Source: Candidatus Sumerlaeaceae bacterium (GTDB lineage Bacteria > Sumerlaeota > Sumerlaeia > Sumerlaeales > Sumerlaeaceae). Taken from it: a DNA stretch of 64,000 bases. Positions 38,836 through 49,900 of the stretch are shown in pieces. Made by a program: the position numbers and the translations under genes. Each line of letters begins with the position of its first letter. Position 1 is the first letter of the stretch. Below the pieces are notes generated by a model. It worked only from the letters and a program-made list of their open reading frames with translations, did not search any database and was not told the DNA's origin. Location of the stretch: contig JBPCLP010000021.1 in NCBI GenBank assembly GCA_051003195.1, positions 32,001-96,000 of the forward strand, in the 5' to 3' direction.

Positions 38836-39698
38836 GCATTCACAAAAATGTGAGCGGGCGCACCCGTGTGGTCGGAGTGATCGGCTGGCCGGTGGAGCAC
38901 TCGCTGAGCCCGCCGATGCACAATGGCGAATTTGAGCGTCTGGGGCTGGACTACCTGTACGCGCCCTTTGCGGTTGCGCCGGAAAACCTGGAGCAAGCCG
39001 TACGCGGGCTGGTGGCGCTGGGCGCCGCCGGGTTTAACATTACAATTCCGCACAAGCAGAAGATCATGCCGCTTCTGGATGAGGTTTCGCCTGAAGCGGT
39101 GGTAGTCGGCGCCGTCAATACGGTCAGAATTGAGAACGGCCGCACGACCGGCAGTAACACGGATGTGCCTGGCTGGTCCGAAGACATTCAGCAGGACATT
39201 TTGCTGCAAGGCAGCTCGGTATGTGTTCTGGGCGCAGGCGGTGCCGGGCGGGCAATTTGCGTAGCGGCAGCGTTGGCGGGTGCAAAGTCCGTGTTTATCC
39301 AGAACCGTACCATCGAGAGCGCCGAGGCGCTTGCGAGTGTGCTGCGAGAGCAATTCGCCGACGTGTGCTTCTCGTTCGGCTGCGATGATGAGACCGCGTG
39401 CAGGGATCAATTTGGCCGCTGCGACATTGTCGTAAATACGACACCGGTCGGAATGGCGGCAATCCCGGGTAGCCCGGTGCCGGCGGACTGGCTGAACGAA
39501 AGCCAGTATGTTTATGACACGATTTATACGCCCGCGGAAACCGAACTGCTGCGCGCCGCGAAAGTAAAGGGGTGCCCCACCCGCAATGGTCTGGGAATGC
39601 TTGCCCGTCAGGGCGCGCTTGCTTTTGAACTGTGGAGCGGGGCAAAGCCGGACCTGACTCGAATGGAGTCGACACTTCGCAAAGCACTAAATGCATGA
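38832..39698 (+). CDS. aroE: Shikimate dehydrogenase
   Basis: HSLSPPMHN, NITIPHK, GAVNT, NTD, GAGGAG, NTTPVGM. Confidence 0.95.
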   Translation: MSIHKNVSGRTRVVGVIGWPVEHSLSPPMHNGEFERLGLDYLYAPFAVAPENLEQAVRGLVALGAAGFNITIPHKQKIMPLLDEVSPEAVVVGAVNTVRIENGRTTGSNTDVPGWSEDIQQDILLQGSSVCVLGAGGAGRAICVAAALAGAKSVFIQNRTIESAEALASVLREQFADVCFSFGCDDETACRDQFGRCDIVVNTTPVGMAAIPGSPVPADWLNESQYVYDTIYTPAETELLRAAKVKGCPTRNGLGMLARQGALAFELWSGAKPDLTRMESTLRKALNA

Positions 39699-39762
39699 CA
39701 GGAGGATGGAGTGACTCTCGGTTTTCCCGGTCTCCTCCTGGTCAAAATAAGTAACTAAACTC

Positions 39763-40818
39763 ATGTTCGTAGACTACGCAAAAATACACCTGCAGGCCGG
39801 CGACGGCGGAGACGGTTGCGTCTCTTTCCGAAGGGAGAAGTACGTTCCGCGCGGAGGACCGGATGGCGGCGATGGCGGCCGCGGGGGCCACATCTACCTG
39901 GTCGTCGATCCGCACATGACCACCCTGCTGGACATCAAGATGAAACCGAACTACATTGCGAAGCGCGGGCAGCATGGTGGCGGCAACCAGTGTACCGGGC
40001 GCGATGCCGAGGACGTGTACATCAAGGTGCCCCTTGGTACGTCGGTGACGACAGAGGAGGGCGAGATGGTCGCGGATCTCACCACGCCGGGGGCTGAATT
40101 CCTGGCGGCCAAAGCTGGTCGCGGTGGACGCGGCAACCAGCACTTTGCATCTCCGACGAACAAAGCCCCGCGGAAGTGGGAATATGGCGGCGACGGCGAA
40201 AAGAAGATCCTGGTCCTGGAGCTTAAGGTCATCGCAGACGTCGGGCTGGTGGGTTTGCCGAACGCCGGTAAATCGACATTACTTGCGGCTTTGACCGCTG
40301 CGACGCCGAAGATCGGAGCGTACCCTTTCACCACGGTATCTCCCAACCTGGGTGTGATGCAGCTGGACGACGAAGCGCGATGCGTGCTCGCAGATATTCC
40401 GGGACTGATCGAAGGCGCGCACCAGGGTGCGGGGCTCGGTCACCGGTTCCTGCGCCATGTCGAACGGACGCGGTTGCTGGTGCATCTCATCGCGCCGCCG
40501 GATGAAGCGCCGTTTGATGATCCGGTGCACTTCCTCTATGCGTTCGATCTCGTGAACGCGGAACTCAACGCCTACAGCGAGAACCTTCGCTCGAAGCCGC
40601 AGATTGTCTGCATCACGAAACATGACATTATTGGGGACGCGGCAGATGGTATTGTTTTAGGGTTTCGGGAGCGCGGCATTGAAGCGTTGGCGATTTCCGC
40701 GCATGATCAATACGGGCTGGACGCGTTGAAGCAGCGGATTCAACAGCAGCTTGCCGCGCTAAATCTGTCGTCTGGCGACGAGACTGAGGGGGACGACGGG
40801 GGCATTTCGGTAGAGTAG
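39763..40818 (+). CDS. obgE: GTPase ObgE/CgtA
   Basis: FRREKYVPRGGPDGGDGG, GLPNAGKST, YPFTT, DIPGLIEGA. Confidence 0.97.
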   Translation: MFVDYAKIHLQAGDGGDGCVSFRREKYVPRGGPDGGDGGRGGHIYLVVDPHMTTLLDIKMKPNYIAKRGQHGGGNQCTGRDAEDVYIKVPLGTSVTTEEGEMVADLTTPGAEFLAAKAGRGGRGNQHFASPTNKAPRKWEYGGDGEKKILVLELKVIADVGLVGLPNAGKSTLLAALTAATPKIGAYPFTTVSPNLGVMQLDDEARCVLADIPGLIEGAHQGAGLGHRFLRHVERTRLLVHLIAPPDEAPFDDPVHFLYAFDLVNAELNAYSENLRSKPQIVCITKHDIIGDAADGIVLGFRERGIEALAISAHDQYGLDALKQRIQQQLAALNLSSGDETEGDDGGISVE

Positions 40819-40828
40819 AAGCCGGGCG

Positions 40829-41938
40829 CTAGTGATAGATGCCGCCCATTTCTTTCGCCCGTACGCCGCTCATGATGCCTTCCGCCATCAGGCGGAATTC
40901 GTCCGGGCTGGTGGCATACGCGAGTGCATCCTCCATGCGGATCTTCTTTGTCCGGTAGAGATTCAGTAGCGCCTGGTTAAAGGTGATCATGCCCACGTGG
41001 CTTCCGGCTTCCATGTGCTGCGGCAGCTCCAGCGTTTTTCCTTCGTGAAGGAGCTTTTTAATGATTGGCGTCGAGACCATGATCTCCACGGCCGGGATAC
41101 GACCGCGGCCGGTGGCGACCGGGAGCAGACGCTGGCAGATGACGCCTTGAAGACCCAGTGACAGCTCCATGCGAATCTGCGGATGCAGGTAGGCCGGGAA
41201 GTAGTTGATGATGCGCTCCACGGTTTGCACCGCGTCCATCGTGTGAAGTGTACTTAGCACGAGGTGGCCGGTCTCGGCGGCAGCAATTGCGGTAGAGATG
41301 GTTTCGAGGTCGCGCATTTCACCAATCAGAATAACGTCGGGGCTTTGACGCAGTACGTGCTTAAGAGCGTCGCCGAAGCTTTTGGTGTCGAAACCAATTT
41401 CGCGCTGGCTGATGATGGCAGCCTCATCCTGGTGAAGAAACTCGATGGGATCCTCGATGGTCACAATGTGACAGCGCCGGATGTTGTTGATGTGATTGAT
41501 CATGGCGGCGAGCGTGGTCGACTTGCCGCTACCGGTTGTGCCGGTGACCAGCACAAGCCCGCGTCGCCTTTCGGCCAGTTCGCGTACGACAGAAGGCAGA
41601 TTCAACTCCTCGAAGCCGAAGTTTGGATTGAGGATGGAGCGGAATACAAGACCGCTGGAGCCGCGCTGTCGCATGACGTTAACACGAAAACGCCCGACAC
41701 CGCGAACCCCTACAGCCAGGTCCATCTCGGGTACACGTCGGAAGTCTTCAGCCTGTTCCTCGCTCATGAGTTGCAGCGCGATGGAGTGCGTATCATCCAT
41801 CGTTAACTCCGGATAGTCGAGCATCACGATCTCGCCATCGATGCGCAAACACGGCCGCTGTCCCGCCTTGAGGAAAAGGTCGGACGCGCCGCGCTCCACC
41901 TGTTCCTGAAGAAGGTCATCGAGTCTCTGGCGTTCCAT
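40829..41938 (-). CDS. PilT/PilU-family pilus retraction ATPase
   Basis: GTTGSGKSTT, TIEDPIE, QSPDVILIGEMRD, AAETGHLVLSTLH; lacks the PilT AIRNLIRE motif (IIKKLLHE), so PilU-like. Confidence 0.92.
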   Translation of the reverse strand: MERQRLDDLLQEQVERGASDLFLKAGQRPCLRIDGEIVMLDYPELTMDDTHSIALQLMSEEQAEDFRRVPEMDLAVGVRGVGRFRVNVMRQRGSSGLVFRSILNPNFGFEELNLPSVVRELAERRRGLVLVTGTTGSGKSTTLAAMINHINNIRRCHIVTIEDPIEFLHQDEAAIISQREIGFDTKSFGDALKHVLRQSPDVILIGEMRDLETISTAIAAAETGHLVLSTLHTMDAVQTVERIINYFPAYLHPQIRMELSLGLQGVICQRLLPVATGRGRIPAVEIMVSTPIIKKLLHEGKTLELPQHMEAGSHVGMITFNQALLNLYRTKKIRMEDALAYATSPDEFRLMAEGIMSGVRAKEMGGIYH

Positions 41939-42210
41939 ATTGGGCAAATCCCTTCGATGCCCGGTTTATTGGGCGTAAGTCTTTGAGCTTCCGAGAAGCA
42001 GTCGCTGTAAATTAGCGGCATTTGTAAAGAGGAAAGCAACAGCGGGCGGCGGGAACTCTATAGCGCTGGAGAACCCGGAGAGGCGGTTGCCGCAACTGGC
42101 ACGATTCGGCGTTGACGCCCGGGTGCAATGCAGTGAGCATTGGATGGTCAATTTGCACAGCGAATGGACCGAGGGCTGATGGTTTGAACGGGCTGGTCGC
42201 ACAGGACGCG

Positions 42211-44241
42211 ATGATCGACAACGTGGTAGCCGTGAGCGTGAACGACCGTGCTGGTGACACGGAGAGACCTGCGCGGGGCGCGGTATGCGCGGTGTTCGAG
42301 AGTGGCTCTTCGGGAGCGTTCCTGGGATTGCTTGCGCCGCACCAGATCGCCCGCGCTTCCGACAAAAACTTTGGGGAACTACTGCCCGACCCAACACCGG
42401 AACCCGTGGCGGGAGGCACATCGCTGCCGGAAGTTCTTAAACGCCTGCGAGTGTCGGGCGTCGAGGCGCTGCCAGTGCTGGATGAGAATTTCCGGTTCGT
42501 GGGGGGGATCTCTCAGCGGAGCATCCTGGACGCGCTGCTGAAGCGCGAGCGCGAGCTGATCAAAAAATCGCGCGAATTCCGGCAGGCAGTGCAGGACGAC
42601 AAACGACGCCGCTACGAAAGCGTTCGCCGGCTCGAGCAAGTGAACCAGGCGTTTAAAAAGCTTCTGGGTGCGCTTGCGCGGCCGCCGGGAATGGAAGTTT
42701 TTCAGCGCGGCATCGAGGCGCTGTCAGTGGTGGTTGAGGCAAGCTATGGCGCGGTAAACCTGCTAAATGAAAGCGGTCGCTATCGAGAGTCGATCATGAC
42801 GGGCGACGCGCCAGGCGGGACGGAAGGGACGAGGGATTTCCTGGAGCAGCGCTATATTATCCTGGAACAGGTTGTTCGCGGAAACAGGATCGTAAAGATT
42901 GCCGATGTGCCGCAGTATTTGCGCAAGCTGGGTGTCGATGTTCGACGCGTTACTGCCCGCAGTTTCCTCGGGGTTCCGATCTCTCGCGAAGGACACGTCT
43001 TCGGGTGCGCCTATGTCTGCGATAAGCAGGAAGGCGACGGATTTACTGATGATGACGAGGTGCTCGTGGCGAGTTATGCCAGTGGGCTTTCTCTAAGCCT
43101 GGCGCAGTCGCGCGAGATTGCGCAGCGGCGCCGCGCTGAACGCGAACGTGATATGCTGGCGAAACTCGGGCTGCGACTCACGACTGCTGATACGCTGGAT
43201 AAAGTTGCGGATGTCGTTCGTTCTCTGACGGAAGAATTCTGGGAATGGGACGCATTCCAGCTGGGCGTGCGACGTTCCGGAAAGGGAAAGCTCAAGACGC
43301 TCCTGGAGATTGACCACCACGGTCAACGCACCGACGGGGCCATTAAACAGCTGGCTGCTTCGGGCCCTGAGCAGTTTGAAGTGGCGCAAAATGCGCTGCC
43401 GGAAGCATCACAGGAAGAGGGGACCACTCCGCCGGTTCGCGGGCAGGACGCGTTGAACAAGTTGTTAGTTTCCGGGCACGCGGTGCTTATCAATCGCAGT
43501 GCAGAGGACCCCGGCCCCGACCTGCCCCGCTTCGGCGATGAAGCAAAAGAATCGGCCAGCATGGTCTTTGCGCCGCTGCGGATGGAGGGTACGTTTGTCG
43601 GCGTCATATCGGTGCAATCGTATAAGCCGGGCAGGTTCCAGGCAGGTGACCGCAAACTTCTGCAGCGGCTTGCAGAGGCCGTGGGACCTGCCCTGGGACG
43701 TTGCCAGGCAGAACTTCGAAGCGCCGCGTTTTCATCACTGGGGTATCGGCTCAGTATGGCGACGACTCCCGAAGAAGCCGCGCGAATCATCGTGGATATC
43801 GCGGATGACCTGATTGGCTGGGACGCGTGTTCGGTTTATTTATATGATGCGGGTGACAACATCTGCACCAACGTATTGCACATGGACCTTGTCGACGGTG
43901 AGCGGGTCTCGGTGCTTCCCGCAATGATAAGCTCACCGCCTGGTGCGCTGCCGCGACGGACGATTGAGGAAGGGCCCCAGCTGATCCTCCGCCAGGAGGC
44001 GAAATTTGAAAATGATACGGATCCATTCGGTGATCAAACGCGACCCTCCGCTTCGCTGATGTTTGTGCCGCTTCGCGTTGGCACGGGAGTGACGGGTATT
44101 CTCTCCATCCAGAGCTACGCACTGGACGCTTACGAGAGCGGCGATTTGTCTCTATTGCAGGCGCTTGCGGACCATTGCAGCGGCGCACTGGAGCGCACAC
44201 GTGTGTTGCAGGCAGCGCTGCGCGACGCACAGGTGACTTGA
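42211..44241 (+). CDS. CBS + multi-GAF sensor protein without evident output domain
   Basis: LPVLDENFRFVGGIS (CBS); SFLGVPI, SMVFAPL..GVISVQSY, SLMFVPL..GILSIQSY (three GAFs); start uncertain. Confidence 0.75.
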   Translation: MIDNVVAVSVNDRAGDTERPARGAVCAVFESGSSGAFLGLLAPHQIARASDKNFGELLPDPTPEPVAGGTSLPEVLKRLRVSGVEALPVLDENFRFVGGISQRSILDALLKRERELIKKSREFRQAVQDDKRRRYESVRRLEQVNQAFKKLLGALARPPGMEVFQRGIEALSVVVEASYGAVNLLNESGRYRESIMTGDAPGGTEGTRDFLEQRYIILEQVVRGNRIVKIADVPQYLRKLGVDVRRVTARSFLGVPISREGHVFGCAYVCDKQEGDGFTDDDEVLVASYASGLSLSLAQSREIAQRRRAERERDMLAKLGLRLTTADTLDKVADVVRSLTEEFWEWDAFQLGVRRSGKGKLKTLLEIDHHGQRTDGAIKQLAASGPEQFEVAQNALPEASQEEGTTPPVRGQDALNKLLVSGHAVLINRSAEDPGPDLPRFGDEAKESASMVFAPLRMEGTFVGVISVQSYKPGRFQAGDRKLLQRLAEAVGPALGRCQAELRSAAFSSLGYRLSMATTPEEAARIIVDIADDLIGWDACSVYLYDAGDNICTNVLHMDLVDGERVSVLPAMISSPPGALPRRTIEEGPQLILRQEAKFENDTDPFGDQTRPSASLMFVPLRVGTGVTGILSIQSYALDAYESGDLSLLQALADHCSGALERTRVLQAALRDAQVT

Positions 44242-44249
44242 GCGGGTTG

Positions 44250-44348
44250 CTAGTGTTGTCTACCGCTAGTTTGTAATCAGTCTGTGTGCCGAATCGAGGG
44301 AAAGTTTGCCCTTTGGTTTGATAATGAACTACTGATTAGGCACACTAG
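44250..44348 (+). mobile_element. ~100-bp MITE-like element, subfamily B copy 2
   Basis: Perfect CTAG at both ends; homologous to 1370-1469; right CTAG overlaps the pbpC TAG stop. Confidence 0.75.
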
Positions 44349-46792
44349 TTGTCGCTCGTGACCGAGAAAGTGATCCAGTCCGCCTGGCCGGCGTCGTCGA
44401 CGCAGCGCAGCCGGTGTATCCCGGGGGACGGCGCGAGATAAGCGGGCGCGGCGCGCTCGGCGGACGCGATGAGTTCGCCGTCGAGGAACCAGTAGAGCCG
44501 TCGGCTGGATGGCGGTGCGGAGGCTTCCAGTGAAACTTTCTGTGCGGCGGGGCTGCGTCCTGCTGTAATAATAAATGAGTCGCCCGCTATTGGCGACGTG
44601 ATTCGCAATTCTGGTCCGCGCGCAATCGACGGGCACTCGTGATTGTGCGGCGGCGGAAGGGCGGACTCTGACGCGTTGCTGGCCAGCCACGACGCAGTAG
44701 TGCCGGGCCAAAACGAAAATACTCGATCCACTGCGTGGTGGCCGTGCAGACAGCGCATACAGAGTTGCTCGCCGGATGCCGTATCGATACGCACGCGCTT
44801 GTGCACCGCGCACGACGCCGCGCATTCCAGTGTGCCGTGGCGGTCGTGAGGTTGCACGAGAGGAGCTTCGGCGGTGCACGTTGAAGGACAGTCGCCGCCG
44901 GCAGGGTAGCCACTCTCGCGGCAGATGACCACGTTGCGCAATTCTGCCTTTGGGGATGAAGGCCAATTGCAATTCGTTTTCCGCGTTGGCCGAATCTGCT
45001 CGATAAGCTTGAGTGCGACCGGTGCAGCAGCGCGGGCGCCAACCAGCGCTTTGCTGCCGTGGCCGTCGAAGTTCCCAATCCAGATCCCGACGGTATGATG
45101 ACGGTCGTAAGCGATGGTCCACGCATCACGGAATCCGCTGCTCGTGCCCGTTTTCCATGCGACACCTTCCATGCCTGCGAGAGCGGAGTCCACATGTTCG
45201 GGATTGCGCAGATCGACGTCAGCCAGCGCCCGATTAACGAAGTAACAGGCGGCGCGGGAGAGCAGGCGCTTGTCGCCTTGTTCGACACGTGCCAGCGGCT
45301 GGCGTTTGCCGCCGGCAGTTCCACGCGCTCCGCGAACCACACGGTAGGGCTTATAAACGCCGTCCCGCGCGAGCAGCGCGTAGGCGTTCGTCAGCTCCAG
45401 CAGGCTGATACCGCAGGAACCGATTGCGAGTGATAGACCGTAATCGCCGGCGGGCTGCTGCAAACTATCCATTCCGCAGGACTGGAAGAATTGCAGCGTG
45501 CGCGAGAGCCCGGTCTCGTTCAGTACCTGGATGGCAGGAACGTTGAGAGACCACGCCAGCGCGCGATCCGCAGGCACGAGCCCGCGGAATGCCTTGTCGA
45601 AATTTTCGGGTACGTACTGCGGATACTGCTGAGGAACATCGAACAAAACAGAGCTCGGCAGCAGGTTCCCGCATTTATATGCAAACGCGTAGATGAACGG
45701 CTTTAGGGTTGAACCCGGAGATCGCAAGGCAGTTGCGCCATTGACCTGTCCCGCGATGGTGGTGTTTGCGAAGTCGACGGAGCCGACAAGCGCAAGCACG
45801 TCACCCGTCGCGTTATCGAGAACGACCGCCGCGCCATTGGTCACTCCGTCGCCGCGCAGATCGCGCACCTGCTGCGAAACGAGCTTCTCCGCCTGGCGCT
45901 GGATGTTTAAATCCAGCGTTGTATCCAGCCGGGCGTGTCCGCCATAACGCGTGTACACCATCTCACTGAAGTGCGGTGCCTGCACGACCGTGTTGAAGTT
46001 TCCAATCGATGGCTTGCGATGGATCACGCGACTGTAATCGTCAGATGGAACGGCGTTGCACGCGAGCATACAGTGCAGCACATGCGCACGGCGTTTGAGC
46101 GCGTTGGTCTGGTGGCGGTCCGGACGCAGGCGCGAGGGCGATTGCGGCAATCCTGCCAGCAGGGCTGCTTCGGATAGCGACAACTCGGCAGCGCTTTTAT
46201 TATAGTAGCGGCGAGATGCAGCTTCGACCCCACAAAGATTTCCGCCATACGGCGCGTTGGTAAGGTAGAGTTCGAGGATCTGTTCTTTCGTGAGATGCCG
46301 CTCGAGTTGAAGAGCGCGGAATGCCTGGCTCAGCTTGCGTGCGAAAGTGCGATCGCGCGGTTGCGAGAGCGCCGCGACCTGCATGCTGAGGGTGGATGCG
46401 CCAGACACGATACGCCCATGACGGATGTTCGAAAGTGCGGCACGGCCGACCGCGATCCAGTCGATGCCGTGGTGACGATAAAAGCGTTTGTCTTCCACCG
46501 CGATCGTCGCTTTGACGAGCCAGGGTGATACCTCGGCAAGCTTTATGGGAATGCGCCAGCGTTCGTCGCTGCCAAGATACGCGCGCAGCGGTTTGCCGTT
46601 TCGGTCAAACAGCGTGGTCGATATTTCCCGGGCCTGGTACAGTGTGGAGTCGAACGAGATGAAACGCACCGCAAGTTCAAGAGTCCCCAAAGAAAGCAGG
46701 AAACAACAAACGATTCCTCCGGCCACATACGACCAAACTCTGATCAGTCGCCGCCTCAGAAATCCGCGGAGTTTTTTAACCATGGAAACCAC
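44345..46792 (-). CDS. pbpC: Penicillin-binding protein 1C
   Basis: EDKRFYRHHG, SGASTLSMQ, APYGGN, SPGSTLKPF, SLN, WKTGTS; C-terminal BiPBP_C; downstream of A2M. Confidence 0.95.
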   Translation of the reverse strand: MVSMVKKLRGFLRRRLIRVWSYVAGGIVCCFLLSLGTLELAVRFISFDSTLYQAREISTTLFDRNGKPLRAYLGSDERWRIPIKLAEVSPWLVKATIAVEDKRFYRHHGIDWIAVGRAALSNIRHGRIVSGASTLSMQVAALSQPRDRTFARKLSQAFRALQLERHLTKEQILELYLTNAPYGGNLCGVEAASRRYYNKSAAELSLSEAALLAGLPQSPSRLRPDRHQTNALKRRAHVLHCMLACNAVPSDDYSRVIHRKPSIGNFNTVVQAPHFSEMVYTRYGGHARLDTTLDLNIQRQAEKLVSQQVRDLRGDGVTNGAAVVLDNATGDVLALVGSVDFANTTIAGQVNGATALRSPGSTLKPFIYAFAYKCGNLLPSSVLFDVPQQYPQYVPENFDKAFRGLVPADRALAWSLNVPAIQVLNETGLSRTLQFFQSCGMDSLQQPAGDYGLSLAIGSCGISLLELTNAYALLARDGVYKPYRVVRGARGTAGGKRQPLARVEQGDKRLLSRAACYFVNRALADVDLRNPEHVDSALAGMEGVAWKTGTSSGFRDAWTIAYDRHHTVGIWIGNFDGHGSKALVGARAAAPVALKLIEQIRPTRKTNCNWPSSPKAELRNVVICRESGYPAGGDCPSTCTAEAPLVQPHDRHGTLECAASCAVHKRVRIDTASGEQLCMRCLHGHHAVDRVFSFWPGTTASWLASNASESALPPPHNHECPSIARGPELRITSPIAGDSFIITAGRSPAAQKVSLEASAPPSSRRLYWFLDGELIASAERAAPAYLAPSPGIHRLRCVDDAGQADWITFSVTSDN

Positions 46793-46983
46793 CGAACTCT
46801 AGATGACTACCCGCTTCACTTGAAGCGTGGCATCCTTGAAGTCTAACAACACGGCGACATGTCTCCCATAGAGCTTCTCATCGAGCCCCGGTTTTAACTC
46901 GTGGAGAATCGACTGTGTGGCTGCGATAGTTAGTCTGTTGTTGTCTGCCTGCAGCATAATGTATTACTCCGTGAATTCTGTGG

Positions 46984-49900
46984 TTAAGGTTTAGGCAGCA
47001 CAACTACAGTCCCCGCGCCGGAGCGTGCCTGGATTTCGGGATCGTACATGCAGGATGCCTGGACAGGCGGCAGCACGAATGTACCTTGTGAGACCGCGCG
47101 CGCCGCGTAGCGGAACGTTCCTTTGATCGCGGAACCGCTGCCGTCCAGGTCGACAAACGCGAGCATGCGGTCATCACGGGCGTCGGTCCTCTGGATGTTG
47201 AGTCCTCCTGCGCCCTGCGTATCGGATGGTTCGTTGTCAGCTTCCGCGTCGGACGGCTCGTTTTCTTCATCTGCGGCCGCACCCTCGTCTGAATCATCGG
47301 CAGTGTGTTCGGACGAATCGCCGGAGATCTGTTCGGAAGTTGCGAGGTTCGCATTTTCAATTTCGAGCCCTGCAGGCAGCAGGTCCTCGATGACGACATT
47401 TTTTAAAGAACGAGCAGACTGCAGTTTCACTTCGACGACGACGAGCTGCCCCTGCTGGAGATTACGCGGATCCAATCGCCTGTTTTTCCGGTCCAGGAAT
47501 ATGCGCTCTACCGAGATGCCGCGTGACACGGACGTCGTGTCCAGTTTCGTCGGGACACCCTCCACTGTCCAGGCAAGATATGCGCGTCCCTGGCCACTTA
47601 CCTCGACGACGGCAGCGTTGGTGACATCCTCCATTGAAACATGAAGCGATTCGCTGGACTGGAAATCGAACGACCTCGCGGCGCCCCGTATCGAACCGGT
47701 GAAGTCCTGCGGCGTTCCCGAGATTTTCTTCGTGTACTTGCCGAGCGCCCAGATGGCAAACGCGTTGTCCTGCGTTGTGCCCCAATGTCCATCGCGACCG
47801 CGTAGTTTCTGTAACCTGTCTACCAGCTGCGGCACTTCAGCCGCGCCGGAATTGGTATCGAGTGCCGCGGAGAGCAGCAGCGCGAGTTCACGTGCCGGAG
47901 AGCTGAGGATGCCGCCGGTCTGCCGCCGGGTTTCAGTGGTTTGGAATGTCACGGGTTCAGCCATCAGCGTGCGCGCTTCGGCGGCGTTGCCGGCCATCGC
48001 AAAGGAGGACGCAAGCAGCGCACGAGCAGTGGGTGTGAGTCGCGCCCGCGCCTCGAACAGTGCTTCCTGCCGTTCGAGATTTCGCTTACCTGCTGCAGCC
48101 ACCACGTAGGCGGCGTAGCAACGCTCGGTCATCGTGTCGAGGCTGGTATCATCCGAAAAACTTCCCATGTTCGCACGAAGGTAATCGAGCGCCTCATCCA
48201 GCGCCGTTTCCGAGACATCATAGCCGGCCTTCTTTGCTTCGACGAGGAAATGGACAGCATAAATGGTACCCCAATCCCAGGGATCGCGCTGTCCCTGCCA
48301 CATGACAAACCCGCCATTGGAGAGCTGCATCGAAAGTAAACGATCTACGCACCACTGGACCTTGCTCTCCACGACGTAGCGGTTTGCTTCGCCGCTTGTT
48401 ATCAGGTCCGCGAGTTCGGGCACGAACAGCAGCGGGAATCCCGATGACACCGTCTGCTCCAGGCAGCCATATTTGTAGTAGTAGAGATATTTAATCGCGG
48501 ATGCGAGGTGCACGGTCGGCATGCTGGACACGACGAGCGTGCCGGTTGACGTGCCCGCCACAAACTGCGTCTGCGGGAAAGTGAGCGGTTTGGATTCTCC
48601 GGCGTTTACGGTTTCCACCCCTGATTGCGAAGTGAACGGCATGGCCGGGCGCACTGGTAGACGCACGGTGTCGGCGTAGCTTTCCGCCCCCATTGTTCCT
48701 GCGAAATGCACCTCCGCAGGCCCGACCGAATCCGCGACGCGCATGCGAACCGGGAGCGTCAGCATCCCTCGCGCAGCGATTGCTTCTGTCTGCCTGGATG
48801 CAGCCTTGCTGTCTGTGGCAGCGCCGGTCCAGTTGGTAGACAGTGAAAGCGGACCCGAAGTCAGGACTGTAAACTGCACCGGCTGTGGCGTGTCTGTGTT
48901 GTTGTAGAGCACAAAGGGAATCGTCACATCGTCGCCCGGGGCAAGAAAGCGCGGCAGACTCTCTTTAATCATGAGCGGATTGCGCACGTAGACATTGCTG
49001 TCGCCCGATCCCATTCGCTGATCGGCAGCAGCGACGGCAATGACTCGCAGTTGTCCCATGAACTGTGGCACGTCGAGAGTCACCGTGGCACTGCCCTGGT
49101 CATCCGTTTTAACAATTCCCTTCCAGATCACTGTGGGTTTCACACGCTCGGTATGGATCGGCGAGAGTTTACGCCCAGCGGCCTCGTCTCCGCCGACAGC
49201 GGACTTTTCGCCCGCCCGCTCCGTGATTTCAGGCATCAGCTCGGCGAAGAAGTCGGCTGTGGTAACCAGCAGACGACGAGCAGCGGTGAAAAAATCCAGC
49301 GGATCAGGCGTTTCGAAATCGGTTAGCGAGAGAATTCCCTCGTCCACTGCCCAGACAACTAGTTCTGCTGCTATGGGCTGGCTCGTGTTTGCATCCTTCG
49401 CGGAGACCGACACTGTCAGCGGCTGTTGCGGGCGCGTCTCTTCTGGCTGGTTAACATCGATCGCGATCCTTCGATGGTCGGAACTCAGCCGCACGTTCGC
49501 GCTGCCGAATGCACGGTGCGGCAGCCACTTCTCCTCAGGCTTTACGGCTCGCACCACAGATGCGACGCAGTAAAAGTTCGGAGCCATTGCGGCATCCACT
49601 GGCAGCTCGATCTCGTGTGTGTTGTGCGCCATCGTGATTACCTGACTCGTGAGAACATTGTCCTGCTCGGTCGTAAGAAGCAGCGTGCCTGCGAATGGAC
49701 TCTTTATCAGAAGCCGCGCTTTGTCACCCGGCGCATAAGATTTCTTATCCAGCACAAGTTCGAGCTGCTCCGGCTTTTCCATGGACCATGGCTGCTCGCC
49801 CCAGTTCGGCGAGGATACGTGGAACGGGAGCGCGGTAAGGGAGCCAGTTGCAGTGCTGGCGACGCGCAAAAGATAACTGCCGGGCTCGCTGGGTGTCCAG

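Noticed and set aside
39699..39740. CAGGAGGA...TCCTCCTG inverted repeat upstream of obgE as riboswitch/terminator
   Set aside because: Only 8 bp of stem with a long loop, no U tract and no recognisable aptamer motif
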